Below are positions 35,891 through 47,415 of a stretch of 64,000 nucleotides of DNA, one piece after another. A program made the position numbers and the translations under genes. This DNA comes from Ostreococcus lucimarinus. Lineage: Eukaryota. The stretch lies in assembly GCA_000092065.1 (NCBI GenBank), contig CP000599.1. One strand, written 5' to 3'. Under the pieces are notes generated by a model. The model was not told the DNA's origin. It made no database searches and saw only the letters and a program-made list of their open reading frames with translations. Each line of letters begins with the position of its first letter. The stretch's first letter is position 1.

Positions 35891-38800
35891 CTAGTACGGG
35901 ACGCATCCCGGCGACGCGCAGTAGCCCCAGCTGAGGACGTCCATGGTTTGGTGCACCTCGGCGGCTTGGTAGCCAACCTTTGCGAAGCCCTTGCTGCCCG
36001 TGGACGCGGTGAGACCGATGTAGGCGTTGCCGTCCGTGTCCAAAATCTTCGCCATGTCTCTGTCTTCCACGGCGACTTGGAAGACGTAGCGGTCCATGTC
36101 GTCGATGAAGACTTGAATCTCCCCGGGGAACTCCTTGATGATGTTGTAATTGATGTTCGAATCTTGCTTGGGATCGAACGCCGGTTGTTGAATGTCGAAG
36201 AAGCTTTGTCTGTCGGGAGACGTCGCCGTGCCCGTGTTTTCGAGTTGCGCTTCGGTGTCAGAGGTGATGCTGATGACGCGCGTCGCTTCGCCGTCGTCGG
36301 CGAAACCCGCCGTGCCGCTGACGACGGCTTGTCGCGAGCTGTCGAGAGTTTTGTCCCGGTTAATCTTCACCTTGACGTTCGCCTTGACGCGGCCGCCATA
36401 ACCGAATTCAAAACCGGTTCGCAGCTCGGTTTTGAACTTGGTGCTCGAGCCAACCAATTTACGTCTGTCGGTCGAGCCGTCGGTGTGCGTCGTCGTGATT
36501 TGCCCAGTGCCCGCCTTCTCCGTGGTGAACCCGCGAGTGTATCTAATCTTCACCGTGTGCGCTAAACCATCCGCCATCGTCGGCACGCTCGGCGTGCTTC
36601 CGAAGTGCATGCCTTCGCTGTCATCGCTGTGATCGGCTTTCAAGTCGGTCACCGAGCTCCCCCACGGTTGGTTGTCGTAAAACGGCGCCGTCGTCATGAA
36701 GACGCCCAGGTGATTGTCGTTATAGGACACGTACTCGGTGGCGTTAATCCACCAGTGTTGCTTTCCTTGCTTCGGATCACGACGCTCGACGTTGTAGAAG
36801 GTGTCGAATTCCACCGCGAGCGACTTCTTCAAGCCGTTGGTGCACATGTCGGGCGTGCCGTCGTAATCCGCCGAGTCCACTTGCGTGGATTCTCCGTATC
36901 CCAAACCGTCGCCCGGGCACCCGACGAAACCGCCACCGTCGGTCAAGGACCCGCTCGCACCGCACAACTTGTACCTTGTGCCGGAAATCGGTTGCGGATT
37001 GGACGCGTCGTCGAACGTGCACGCCCAGCCTGTGTTGCCGTGCACGCTGTCCACCGTTTCTTGACGATCGTCGTTAGAGATGACGAACGCAAAGCCGTCG
37101 GCGCCGTCGCAAATTTGATCCGCGCCGCCGCATTGCGTGGGGTTGGTGATTTGGAACTCAAAGTTGGTCTCGAAACCATCCCAGATGTGTACTTTGCGGT
37201 GCCACCACACGGCGCCGACGCGCTGCGAGGTGCGGAAATCGGCGCTCGACTTCCACGGAGATCCGAGGGCGGAGTTACCGTTCGTTCTCGCGAACGCTTC
37301 GGTCAGTCGCACGACGTACTTGGGCGACGCATCGTTATTTTTCACCACCGACGCATCGCCCGCAAAACGCAGGTTGTGCTGAATGCAGTTGTTGATCCAC
37401 GTCTTGTTCCCACCCCACGCCGAGCCCTCACGCGTTCCGGTAGGGTTGGAGTCGTCGACGAAGGAATCGTCGCACGCGAAGTTTGGAAAGTCAAACTCCA
37501 TGTAAAATCTCGCGCTGTATTCGCTCGCACCGACGGTTTGCGGGTAGCGGTTATCGCCCATGATACCGATCGTGAGTTGATCGCAATTCGGCGACGCGTC
37601 GTTGTGGATGTAGTGTCCGAGCGCTCGCGCGTACGCAAACGCTGACTTCGAGCTGTCGGTGGTGTACCCGCCGAGAACGGCTTGCTTCAATTCCCCGCTG
37701 CTCGCTTCACCCTCGTCCGGGCCGGCGCAGAGCACCAAGGATTCGCCGACTGAAAGCGCCCAGGGCACGGATTCGCGCACCGACGTGTGACCGTAAGACC
37801 CAGTCGTGGGTCGCGTCGTACCGACGGTGGTGTACAAATCGAGGTTGTCGTTCACGGTGTGCACGGCGATGCGGAAGTCGTAGTCGCCCATGTCCGGCTT
37901 CAAATAGTAGTACGCGTACTGTTGAGGATCGACGACGGAGGAGACACGGAAACCGCAGCACCCCGGATCGATTTCGCAATACTTGTGCGACCAAGTTTGG
38001 TAAAAGGTTTGCAGAGGGTGGCGCAAGTACGCCCCGGCGTTGTCGTCCGCGACGATGGTAGTAGTGTCGTCGTGGACCCCCGAGCCCCCGCCCCCGCCAT
38101 CGCCGAATCGCCCGCCCGCACACTTGAGCACCTTGACGTCAGTGCCGGAGTAAGCGTTGGCAAAAGTGTCGATCGAAACCACCGTCGCAGTGGTATCATC
38201 AGTGATGGCGGTCACGCGAGCGTCGACCGGCCCGTTGGCGTTGGCGTCGCGCACGATGTCTCCGAGTTGAAGCTCGGTCAAAAACTTGCTGCCGACCCCA
38301 GCGAGTGTGCCGGCGGAGTGGGTGAGGGTAAAGCCACCCGTTTGCGTGAGCGCCTTTGCGGGCCGATGGGAGTCACCCACGTTCGCCGGAACGCACTTGC
38401 CGTGGTTGTAGCAAATCGGCGGGTTCGCGTTGTCGTCCGTCATGTACCGCTCGCCTTCGGTGGAGATGTAATACCGACAGTTTTCAATGTCGGCGACGTG
38501 GAGTCGCCACTCGGAACCGACGTCGACGGTCTTATCATCCCACTTGACGTAGACGCCGATACCGGAACTCACGCCTGAATCTTGCAGTTCAACCCACGCG
38601 GTGTGGTAGGCGCCCGCGGCGCCGCCAGAGTTGGCGAAGTTTTTCCAGTACGTGGTGTACGAGTAGGTGTGGGGGGAAGCCGTGTTCGCGCCCGACGTGT
38701 GCACGAGTTGCACCGTCACGCCTCGAGGCCAGAGCGGAAGAAGTCGCGTCAAACCGCGGACGTGCAGCGTCGTGATCGTTGCCGTGCCGCTCCCATTCTC

Positions 38801-40228
38801 CTTCTTGACGAACTCGCGGTTCCCGAGCGTGAAGGGACGATCGATGGTGAGCTCGACGTCGGACTGAATCGAGTTGACCATTCTCGTCTGCCCGCACGCG
38901 GTGATGGTGTATCCCGTGCGCAACTGCGTCAAAAAACGCGTGTCGCCGTACGTGCCTTGGGAAGAGAGCGAACCGGGCGCGCTTGGTGCGGTACCGTCGA
39001 TGTCTTCGAAGAGTTCCTTGTTGTCCCAAGAGTTGGAGACGACGCGCTTGCCGTACGAACGAACGGTGCCGTAGCCCTTGGTGAGCATGGGGAACCATTC
39101 CCAGTGCGTCGCCTTGAGAAGAGGCTCGGAGAACGAGTTGTGTAACACCATGATGTACTCGGCGAACGTCGTCGTCGTGCCGATTTCTTTCACTCGAACC
39201 GTTTCCCAGTCGCCGTTGATTTGAACGCTCATCCAAGGCCCGGATGTGTGATACTTGGCGGCCCACGTGCTCGAGGCGCCCATCTGCGACTCGAAACGCG
39301 TACCGCGACCGTGAATGCGATGAGAACTCATCGTCGCACTTCCACTGGCGTCCGACAAGTGACCCGCGTCCTCGTACGGCGTTTCCGACGCGAGTTTGGT
39401 GTTTTCGGCGATGACGGCGGTACCGTGCACCGCGTTCAAGGTGTCTTGACTGTGGTACGTTTCAATCGTCCCCAGACCGACGTTTCGCTTACCGATGCGC
39501 GGCGGGCACGAGACGTAGCCCCAAGAACCCAAACCGGTGAGGAATCCGGTGATATTGTAATCGACGGTGAGCGACGTTTCGCTGGCGATGGCTGTGATGA
39601 CGCGGTAATCGACGACGTCGTTCGCCTTGTATACGACGATCCAGTAGCCAACCTTCAGCTCTTGCAAAAACTCCGTGTTGGTACCATCGATTGTCAACGC
39701 TTCTGTCGTCGCACTGTTCGGTCGCGCCGTCGTCGTGGAGCTCGCGGCGAGCGTGCCCGTGCCCGTTCGCGCGGCGACGCCGAACGCCACCTCCGAGCCC
39801 GCCGACACCGCCGCCGGCGACGGCGACGGCGCCAGCGTCATCGACGTATCGCTGTGCACCGCCAACACCTCATGCACAGCCGTGTTCGCGATGTCGTAAA
39901 ACTTCGCCCCCGATTTCGTCCCGCCGTGAAACTGCTGCGTGAATCGCGTGTTCACCCCCGTCACCGCCGCGCCCGAGGTCGAGTACCGCCCCTCCCCTCC
40001 CACGAGCGTCGGCACCCCGCTCACGAGCCCGCTCACGTGATCGCCCGCGTTCACGTCTCCGTACCCTCCCTGCGAGTGCGGATCGTGTCCGCACCATCCG
40101 CACGACGTGTCCGCGACGCACGCGCCGCAATTCGTGTAGTACTCGCACCCCGCGATCGCGCCCCGCGTCGCCGCCGCGATCGCCGCGATCGCCAGCGCGC
40201 CCGCGAGCGCTCGCGACGCGCGAACCAT
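35891..40228 (-). CDS. large secreted protein with N-terminal PSI (plexin/semaphorin/integrin) domain and C-terminal L-type (legume-like) lectin domain
   Basis: Signal peptide MVRASRALAGALAIAAIAAATRGAIAG. PSI Cys pattern CEYYTNCGACVADTSCGWCG. The last ~230 aa carry legume-lectin hallmarks: WDGFETNFEFQI, GADGFAFVI, LAVEFDTFYN and a terminal GLTASTG. There is no C-terminal TM segment. 1445 aa in a single ORF. Confidence 0.7.
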   Translation of the reverse strand: MVRASRALAGALAIAAIAAATRGAIAGCEYYTNCGACVADTSCGWCGHDPHSQGGYGDVNAGDHVSGLVSGVPTLVGGEGRYSTSGAAVTGVNTRFTQQFHGGTKSGAKFYDIANTAVHEVLAVHSDTSMTLAPSPSPAAVSAGSEVAFGVAARTGTGTLAASSTTTARPNSATTEALTIDGTNTEFLQELKVGYWIVVYKANDVVDYRVITAIASETSLTVDYNITGFLTGLGSWGYVSCPPRIGKRNVGLGTIETYHSQDTLNAVHGTAVIAENTKLASETPYEDAGHLSDASGSATMSSHRIHGRGTRFESQMGASSTWAAKYHTSGPWMSVQINGDWETVRVKEIGTTTTFAEYIMVLHNSFSEPLLKATHWEWFPMLTKGYGTVRSYGKRVVSNSWDNKELFEDIDGTAPSAPGSLSSQGTYGDTRFLTQLRTGYTITACGQTRMVNSIQSDVELTIDRPFTLGNREFVKKENGSGTATITTLHVRGLTRLLPLWPRGVTVQLVHTSGANTASPHTYSYTTYWKNFANSGGAAGAYHTAWVELQDSGVSSGIGVYVKWDDKTVDVGSEWRLHVADIENCRYYISTEGERYMTDDNANPPICYNHGKCVPANVGDSHRPAKALTQTGGFTLTHSAGTLAGVGSKFLTELQLGDIVRDANANGPVDARVTAITDDTTATVVSIDTFANAYSGTDVKVLKCAGGRFGDGGGGGSGVHDDTTTIVADDNAGAYLRHPLQTFYQTWSHKYCEIDPGCCGFRVSSVVDPQQYAYYYLKPDMGDYDFRIAVHTVNDNLDLYTTVGTTRPTTGSYGHTSVRESVPWALSVGESLVLCAGPDEGEASSGELKQAVLGGYTTDSSKSAFAYARALGHYIHNDASPNCDQLTIGIMGDNRYPQTVGASEYSARFYMEFDFPNFACDDSFVDDSNPTGTREGSAWGGNKTWINNCIQHNLRFAGDASVVKNNDASPKYVVRLTEAFARTNGNSALGSPWKSSADFRTSQRVGAVWWHRKVHIWDGFETNFEFQITNPTQCGGADQICDGADGFAFVISNDDRQETVDSVHGNTGWACTFDDASNPQPISGTRYKLCGASGSLTDGGGFVGCPGDGLGYGESTQVDSADYDGTPDMCTNGLKKSLAVEFDTFYNVERRDPKQGKQHWWINATEYVSYNDNHLGVFMTTAPFYDNQPWGSSVTDLKADHSDDSEGMHFGSTPSVPTMADGLAHTVKIRYTRGFTTEKAGTGQITTTHTDGSTDRRKLVGSSTKFKTELRTGFEFGYGGRVKANVKVKINRDKTLDSSRQAVVSGTAGFADDGEATRVISITSDTEAQLENTGTATSPDRQSFFDIQQPAFDPKQDSNINYNIIKEFPGEIQVFIDDMDRYVFQVAVEDRDMAKILDTDGNAYIGLTASTGSKGFAKVGYQAAEVHQTMDVLSWGYCASPGCVPY

Positions 40229-40671
40229 CTTTAATCGACGTCCGCGCGCGCGTTCGATCGCCGCCCGCGCGCGCGCCGACGCCGCGAGCGCGGTCGAGAG
40301 ATTTGAAATTCAAAACGATGCGATGATCGGAATTCGGCGCCGAAGGATCGCGTGTCTTCGTCGTTTCTTCGCGTCGTTCGCGCGCGCGAGCGGCGTCGGG
40401 CGTCGAGTGAGGGCGCGCGCGTCGGTCGCGCTCGGTCGCGGGTCGCGAGAGGGCGGCGCGCGCGCGCGTGTGCGGCGAACGCGTCGACGGGCCGCGGGCG
40501 CGGTTCGAACGGCGCGAAAACGTGTTGGTGATTTTGGGTGTGATTGTATGGTGCTTGAGTACGCATTGTAGTGGTGTTTGAAGCTATGAGAGTGGTTGTT
40601 GTGTTACAAAGACGCGCGTCCGGAGCCGCGGCGACGCGAATCGCGGACGGCGGGTCGAGACGACGCGCGCG

Positions 40672-41739
<1,068 letters not shown>

Positions 41740-41810
41740 TCACGAGGCGTGATTTATCGATATTTGCGCGCGCGCGATGGACGCGCGCGAGGCGAAGGCG
41801 CTCGCGGCGC

Positions 41811-42460
41811 TCACGCGGAGGGCGCCAACGCGAGGACGCCGCACGCCAAGCGCTGCGCTCGCGTAAACCGAAGCGATCGATCGTCCGTCAGTCGAAAGCC
41901 GCGTGCGCGAAAAACGAAACCCTAAACGCGCGTCGAAATCGCGTCGCGTCGAGTCGCGATCGTGGAAATCGCGTCGAAATCGCGTCGTCGACGCACCGCT
42001 CCGGCGTTGCCCGTCGTCTTCGACGTCTTGCCCTGGGTGCCGATCTCAGAGCTATCGCCCTTGCCGAGATCGTCCTCGAGCTCGTGAATCACGAACGCGC
42101 GTCCGATGATCGAGTTCGCCCCGCTCAGCGGAATCTGCGAGTCCTCGATGACGAAGTCGCACCCGCCCGCGGTGGCCTCGACGTTGCCGAGGTCGCCCGC
42201 GTGTCGCGTCGCGTCCGTCGGCGCGCCGTGATCCATCTTGTTCGGGTTAAAGTGCGGTCCCGTGGACATGCACCCGTTCGTCGTATCGCCGAACTCGTGA
42301 ATGTGCAGGCCGTGCTTGCCCGGCGCGAGTCCGGTGATGGAGCCGACGACCTTCGTCGGCGCGTCGCCGCTCTGGCTCAGCTTGAGCACGCCCGACACCC
42401 CCGCGGTGCCCGTGAGCACGCACACCGCCTGCTTTTGCTCCGCCGTCACCGCGACCGCGC
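41811..42460 (-). CDS. Cu/Zn superoxide dismutase; 3' exons complement(41811..41852) and complement(41997..~42455); 5' exon(s) not resolved
   Basis: [19 protein letters not shown]...[23 protein letters not shown]...RHAGDLGNV...[18 protein letters not shown]...TGNAGA is followed by a GTGCGT donor at 41996. The CAG acceptor at 41855-41853 gives the terminal exon [13 protein letters not shown], which completes the canonical GNAG.RLACGVIG end. The track ORF 41922..43901 (659 aa) is a composite artefact. Confidence 0.7.
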
Positions 42461-42759
42461 GAGGGCGATGCGCGGACGTCTTCGTCGACCTGCGATCGCG
42501 CGCGCCGGCGTTCGCGCGCGCGTCAGTCGTCGCGTTCGTCGCGGGTTTAGGTTCGTCGCGTCGTCGCGCGTCGTCGCGCAGCGCGTCGCTCGAGCGCACC
42601 GCGCGCACGCGCACTTGGCGCCGCAGAGGTGGGTCTTGGAGGCGAGCGTCGCCGATCGGGAGAGCGTCTGCATGGCGCGGCGTCGGGCGTCGTGTGTCGG
42701 CGATGACGTGGCGAGGGCGCGAACGCGCCCTCGTCGCCATCATTCGAGGGCCTTTATAT

Positions 42760-42900
42760 ACGTATATTTCGTAGAAATATACTTTATATTCGGAAACATG
42801 TCGTATGGGTATTGTGTCTGTGGTTATAATTGGTAGTATCCGAATATTCGGACACACGGCGTATGCGTATTGTGTATATACACATAATTGGTAAAAGTCC
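42760..42900. promoter_or_regulatory. AT-rich bidirectional promoter island between divergent Cu/Zn-SOD and CCS genes; contains a ~60-bp tandem duplication
   Basis: The units tattcggaaacatgtcgtatgggtattgtgtctgtggttataattggtagtatccga and tattcggacacacggcgtatgcgtattgtgtatatacacataattggtaaaagtccga form a local AT-rich island in ~70% GC surroundings. Confidence 0.45.
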
Positions 42901-43070
42901 GAGCGCGCCGACCGTCGGCCGCGCGCCGCACGTCGCGACGCGCGATCGCGCGACGCCCGATCGCGTCCCGCGCGACGCCCGCGGACCTTCTCGACGCCTC
43001 GACCCGATCTTAACCGCCCGCGACCCGCGCGCGCGACACCCGAGGCGTCACGTCGACGACGACGCGCGTC

Positions 43071-44033
43071 ATGATTCCGTCGACGCCGCGCCTTCGCGCC
43101 GCCGCGCCGCGTCGCGTCGTCGACCGCGCGTCGCGATCGCGAACGCGGTCGCGATGCCGACGCGCGCTCGAACGCGCCGACGCGCGGACGAAAGACCTCG
43201 AGCGGGCGTTGGAATTCATGGTGGAGATGCGGTGCGGAGGGTGCGCGGCTAAGGTGACGACGGCGTGCGAGGCGCTCGCGGGCACGACGCGCGTCGACGC
43301 GTCGCTCGGGACGAACACGGTGACGGTGATCACGCGCGATGCGGAGCGAACGGTCAGGGAGGCGATCGAGAGCGCCGGGTATAAGGCGCGATTGATCGGG
43401 CAGGGGCGCGCGGAGCGAAGCGCCGAAGACGACGACGATTTCGGCGAGGCGCTGGCGGAGGCGCTGGGCACGGACGTGCGGACGCTGCGACAGAGCCTGG
43501 CGGCGGTGGCGGAGTTTAAGGGGAAGGCGTACGGGCACGGTGAGGCGCGAGGGACGGTGCGGCTGGTGCAGGTGAGCGAGGAGACGATATTGGCGGAGGC
43601 GGCGCTGGACGGGTTGAGTCCGGGGGCGCACGCGATTCGCGTGCACGAATACGGGGATTTGACGCGCGGGATGGATTCGATCGGGGACGTGTACGGGGGG
43701 GAGGGAGGGGCGGGGATGATCGGGATCGTCGTCGCGGACGAGAATGGGTCGGCGACGATGCCGTCGACGATGTTGAGCTCGGAGCTCAAGGCGTGGGACG
43801 TCATCGGTCGAAGCGTCGCCGTGTACGCCGCCGCGGACGGCGATACGACCGGCGCGGTGTGCGCCGTGCTCGCTCGAAGCGCGGGCGTGGGGGCGAATCA
43901 TAAAAAGTTGTGCCAGTGCGATGGGACGATCATCTGGGAGGCGGGCGAAGATTTCTTGCCCCGCGCGGTGGACGAATGCGACGCCGCGAGACCGCTGCTC
44001 GGCAAAGGAATCACCACCGCTCGGCGCGGGTGA
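43071..44033 (+). CDS. CCS: copper chaperone for superoxide dismutase (CCS)
   Basis: Three-domain CCS layout: an Atx1-like HMA domain with the [10 protein letters not shown] metal-binding MxCxxC; a SOD1-like domain ([25 protein letters not shown]); and a C-terminal CxC motif (KKLCQCDG). ATG at 43071. Confidence 0.75.
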   Translation: MIPSTPRLRAAAPRRVVDRASRSRTRSRCRRALERADARTKDLERALEFMVEMRCGGCAAKVTTACEALAGTTRVDASLGTNTVTVITRDAERTVREAIESAGYKARLIGQGRAERSAEDDDDFGEALAEALGTDVRTLRQSLAAVAEFKGKAYGHGEARGTVRLVQVSEETILAEAALDGLSPGAHAIRVHEYGDLTRGMDSIGDVYGGEGGAGMIGIVVADENGSATMPSTMLSSELKAWDVIGRSVAVYAAADGDTTGAVCAVLARSAGVGANHKKLCQCDGTIIWEAGEDFLPRAVDECDAARPLLGKGITTARRG

Positions 44034-44121
44034 GAATAGCGCGCGTGTAATGATGATTGCGATGATTGATTGATTGATGAATTGATGCTTAAAAAGGACG
44101 TTATCGTTGAGATTGTTATAT

Positions 44122-46803
44122 TCACTTGATCTTGATGAGCGAAGGGAGCTTGACGCCGTCGATGGCGCGTTTCGCCTCGGCCCACGTCTTCGTCGTTCGC
44201 GGCGGCGGAGTCGGCGGCGGCGGCGGCGCGAAAGGTCTCGGCCGCGGTATCACCATCGTCGACTTCTTCGGCGGCGCCGCGGGCACGCTGGACGATGGCT
44301 GGTTTTCTTCGTGCGTCTTGCTCGACGGCGGCGCCGCGAGCGCCGGCGAATCGTTCGTCTTCAACGCCGGGAATTCCTTCAATCGCGACTCTCGATCGAC
44401 GGCGCTTTCGGCGTCGCTCGAGGGGGTCGCGGACTCGGACGTCGATTGCGATGCGACTTTCGGCTTGGGTGGAAAATCCGGTAGCGCGGACAGCCCCGTC
44501 GGCGGCGGAGGCGGAGGCGGAGGCGGAGGCGGCGCGGCGGCGGCGACGGCGGTCGATCTCGGCGCCGGGATGCGCGCCGGCGGCTTTCCACTCGGCAACG
44601 GCGGCGGATTCGGTGGCAGCGGCGGTGGATTCGGCATCGTCGCGACGGTTGGTCTTCGAGGCGCATCCATTTCCTTCGCGAACGTCGGTCGCGGCGGCGT
44701 GTTGGGCTTCCTTCGCGATCGCGCCGCCGTCCACTCGCCGCCCGAATCCGAATTCGCCGCGTCTTCGAGCGTCGGTTCGGGGGTCTTCGATCGCGGCGTC
44801 GTCGGCGCTTCGGGTTCGTCCTCGGCGTCGTCAGCGACGGTGATTTCATCGCGCTCGACGTCGCGCGCGACTTTCGTCAGCGCTCGCTTCGCCTTGGACG
44901 ACGAAGATTTCCGTTTCTTCTTCGAAGACGCGCCGCCGGCGGATCTCTTAGAGTTGGCGTCGCCGCCGCGGAGAACATCGTCGTCATCTTCGAACGCCTT
45001 GAGCGCAGCTTCCAAACGCGCGTCGTCCAGTGCTTTAACGTGCTCTTTGACCGCACCGCTCACGACTTTCACGAACGTCGCGCACTTTGCGAGTTCGATG
45101 CCGTACGCCAAGTGCGCGCCCTCAAGATTGAGCGCTCGAACGACGCGGTCGACGACGCCGTCGAGGGCGGTGGATTTGTACCTGTCCATCACGGGTTGGA
45201 TTCTTCGATGCAAACCTTCGACATCGTAATTTGTCGACGTCGCGCCGGCGTTCGTGGAGGAAGCGCCGCCGCTCGCGGCGGAAGTGATGGCTCGAAACGA
45301 GCGCTTTAAATCCCGCATGACGTCTCGCAGGATGACTTTGACGTCGAGCGCACGATCGGCGTACGCCTTGTCGACAACGCGCGACGAATCACCGTCACAC
45401 GAGTTCAACGCTCGCGTCGCCAGCACGCATTCTTTGGCGTGGCGCTCGATCTCTTTCGCGCTCGGTGCCGCGACGGCGAAAGAATTCCTCGCGTGATCCA
45501 AATGCTTATTCAGCACGATTTCCAGCGCCTTGGAATCCCCGGGCGGCGTCACGTGCTTGTAACACATTTCGTTCTCGCGAAGATAAAACCGCGTGCGCTT
45601 CTCGGCCAGACGGAATTCTTCCACACCCAGCTCGAGCGCCGCGGTGACGTCGCGAAATTCGCACCAGGCGCCGAGCGCGCGCGTCAAGAGCTCACGTCGC
45701 TGAATCGCGAGCAAATCCGCGTTGTCGTCGCGCACGAGCTCGGCTAGCTCAAGCATCGCTCGTTCGGCGTCGCGCTGCTCGGCGAGCCAAGACTTGACGA
45801 GGTTATGAACGCTTTCAGAAGTTTCGTCGTCCATGCGCCTGACGACGTCGAGATCGTGCGCTTGTTTAGCTTCATCCAATCCGCCCGAGGCGTCGACGAG
45901 CGGCGGCGCGGGCGCGTCGACGCTCGTGTCGAACTCGCGATCACCGAGCGTCGCCCGCGAATCGCGACGTTTGCTTCGAATCGTCGCGAATCGATGTAAA
46001 CACTCGAATCCTCGGCGCACCCAACGCTCGACGTCGACGTCGTCGCGTAAACCGATGGAATCCTCGCCGCGACGCGCGTAATCGCGCGCGTCTTCGTCTT
46101 TGACCAAATCCTCGTTCGCGCGACGCGGACGTCGCGCGTCGTCGTCGTCGTCGTCGCCACCGCCGACCGCGTCGACGACCGCACCGCCGCTTTCATCGAC
46201 CGCGAGCGCGCGCAACGTCTCCATCGCCGCCGCGAGCGCGTCCGAAGCGTCCGTCCCGCGTCGCCCCGTCGCCGTCGTCTGCGCGCCTCGACGCCCCCCC
46301 GACCCCGACCCCGACCGTCCCATCGTCCCCATCGACGCCTCCGCGCCCACCGCGCGTTCGATCGCGCGTTCGATCGCGCGCACCGACGCCGCCGCGCGTC
46401 TCCCGCGCGCGCCCACCCGTCTCGCCACCGCGCGCGCGTCCTCCTCCGCGTCTCCCTCCCCGTCCACCAGCATCGCCGCGAACGCCCCCCGCGCCGCGTC
46501 ATCGTCCCGCAGCATCGCTCGCAGCGTTCGATCGAGCGCGCGTCGCGCCCTCGATCGCGCGTCGTCGTCGTCGCGCGCCGTCGCGCGCGCCATCGCGGAA
46601 GACGAACCGTCCCTTCGATCGCCGTCCCTTCGCGCGCGTTCGTTCGACGCGCGTCGTCCGTCCTCGCGCGGTCGACGCGCGCCGCGCGCGCGTCCGTCGT
46701 CGTCGTCGCGCGCCGCGTCCGTCGCGCGCCCTCGATCGCGCGTCGCGCGTCGCGATGTCGCGCGTCGTCGTCGCGCGTTGACCCGCGCGTTGACCGTCGC
46801 CAT
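44122..46803 (-). CDS. hypothetical large protein with C-terminal proline-rich (poly-Pro, FH1-like) region
   Basis: 893-aa ORF. The middle region is helical and non-repetitive. The C-terminal 250 aa carry [34 protein letters not shown] and [12 protein letters not shown] tracts. No family assigned. Confidence 0.45.
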   Translation of the reverse strand: MATVNARVNARRRRATSRRATRDRGRATDAARDDDDGRARGARRPREDGRRASNERARRDGDRRDGSSSAMARATARDDDDARSRARRALDRTLRAMLRDDDAARGAFAAMLVDGEGDAEEDARAVARRVGARGRRAAASVRAIERAIERAVGAEASMGTMGRSGSGSGGRRGAQTTATGRRGTDASDALAAAMETLRALAVDESGGAVVDAVGGGDDDDDDARRPRRANEDLVKDEDARDYARRGEDSIGLRDDVDVERWVRRGFECLHRFATIRSKRRDSRATLGDREFDTSVDAPAPPLVDASGGLDEAKQAHDLDVVRRMDDETSESVHNLVKSWLAEQRDAERAMLELAELVRDDNADLLAIQRRELLTRALGAWCEFRDVTAALELGVEEFRLAEKRTRFYLRENEMCYKHVTPPGDSKALEIVLNKHLDHARNSFAVAAPSAKEIERHAKECVLATRALNSCDGDSSRVVDKAYADRALDVKVILRDVMRDLKRSFRAITSAASGGASSTNAGATSTNYDVEGLHRRIQPVMDRYKSTALDGVVDRVVRALNLEGAHLAYGIELAKCATFVKVVSGAVKEHVKALDDARLEAALKAFEDDDDVLRGGDANSKRSAGGASSKKKRKSSSSKAKRALTKVARDVERDEITVADDAEDEPEAPTTPRSKTPEPTLEDAANSDSGGEWTAARSRRKPNTPPRPTFAKEMDAPRRPTVATMPNPPPLPPNPPPLPSGKPPARIPAPRSTAVAAAAPPPPPPPPPPPTGLSALPDFPPKPKVASQSTSESATPSSDAESAVDRESRLKEFPALKTNDSPALAAPPSSKTHEENQPSSSVPAAPPKKSTMVIPRPRPFAPPPPPTPPPRTTKTWAEAKRAIDGVKLPSLIKIK

Positions 46804-46804
46804 C

Positions 46805-46985
46805 GTCGACGTCGCCCTATATATAATACGACGCGAAACCTCATATAATCCTCATCACGACACCCAACAGTCACACACACGTATGTCTCTCATCATTACT
46901 AAGTACCTTACGACTATATATACATATACCGTATGTCCGATATATGTTTATAGGTATCCGTGTACGTATATTAGTAAAATAACGT
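46805..46985. promoter_or_regulatory. AT-rich bidirectional promoter island between the divergent 44122-46803(-) gene and AGPase(+)
   Basis: ~180 bp at roughly 35-40% GC containing tatatata and gtatgt motifs and the 13-mer ccgtatgtccgat, which is also found in the 61360-61460 island. Confidence 0.4.
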
Positions 46986-47415
46986 CGAGCATTCGACCGA
47001 CGTTCCTGAGCCAGTCGTTACGCGCGCCATTTTCCGCCGCGTCGCGAATCGCCGATGCGCGCCGCGTCCCTCGCGCAGCGCGCCGCGCTCGCGCCTCGCC
47101 GCGTCGACGCCGAGCAAAGGTGCGCGCGCGACGCCCGCGCGACCGCGACGCCCGATCGACCGCGAACGCGAACGCGCGAGACGATCGCGTCGCGACGGAC
47201 GGATCTCGACGAGACGCGCGACGGATCGACGCGAACAGCGCGCGACGACGCGCGCGAGCCGCGAGAGACGCCGGATTCAAACGCGTCTCGCGCGTCGTCG
47301 GCGTCGCGCGACGGATCGACGCGCGCGCGGCGCGAGGGCGGCTCGGGACGCGCGACGCGGGACGGAGGATAAGACGAGACGCGAGAGAGACGACGAGCGG
47401 ACGCGAGACTGACGG

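Noticed and set aside
42446-42673. Small minus-strand [19 protein letters not shown]... considered as the transit-peptide exon of the Cu/Zn-SOD.
   Set aside because: All GTGCGC donors in it are in phase 2 and cannot be joined to the AVCVLTG exon frame with any nearby AG. It has no homology support. The SOD 5' exon remains unresolved.
41922-43901. The 659-aa minus-strand ORF spanning the SOD-CCS intergenic region.
   Set aside because: Only its C-terminal ~150 aa (Cu/Zn-SOD) are homologous to anything. Even that part ends in a non-homologous tail, because an intron (41853-41996) is read through. The upstream 1.4 kb is Arg-rich, overlaps the CCS gene on the other strand and contains the AT-rich promoter island.
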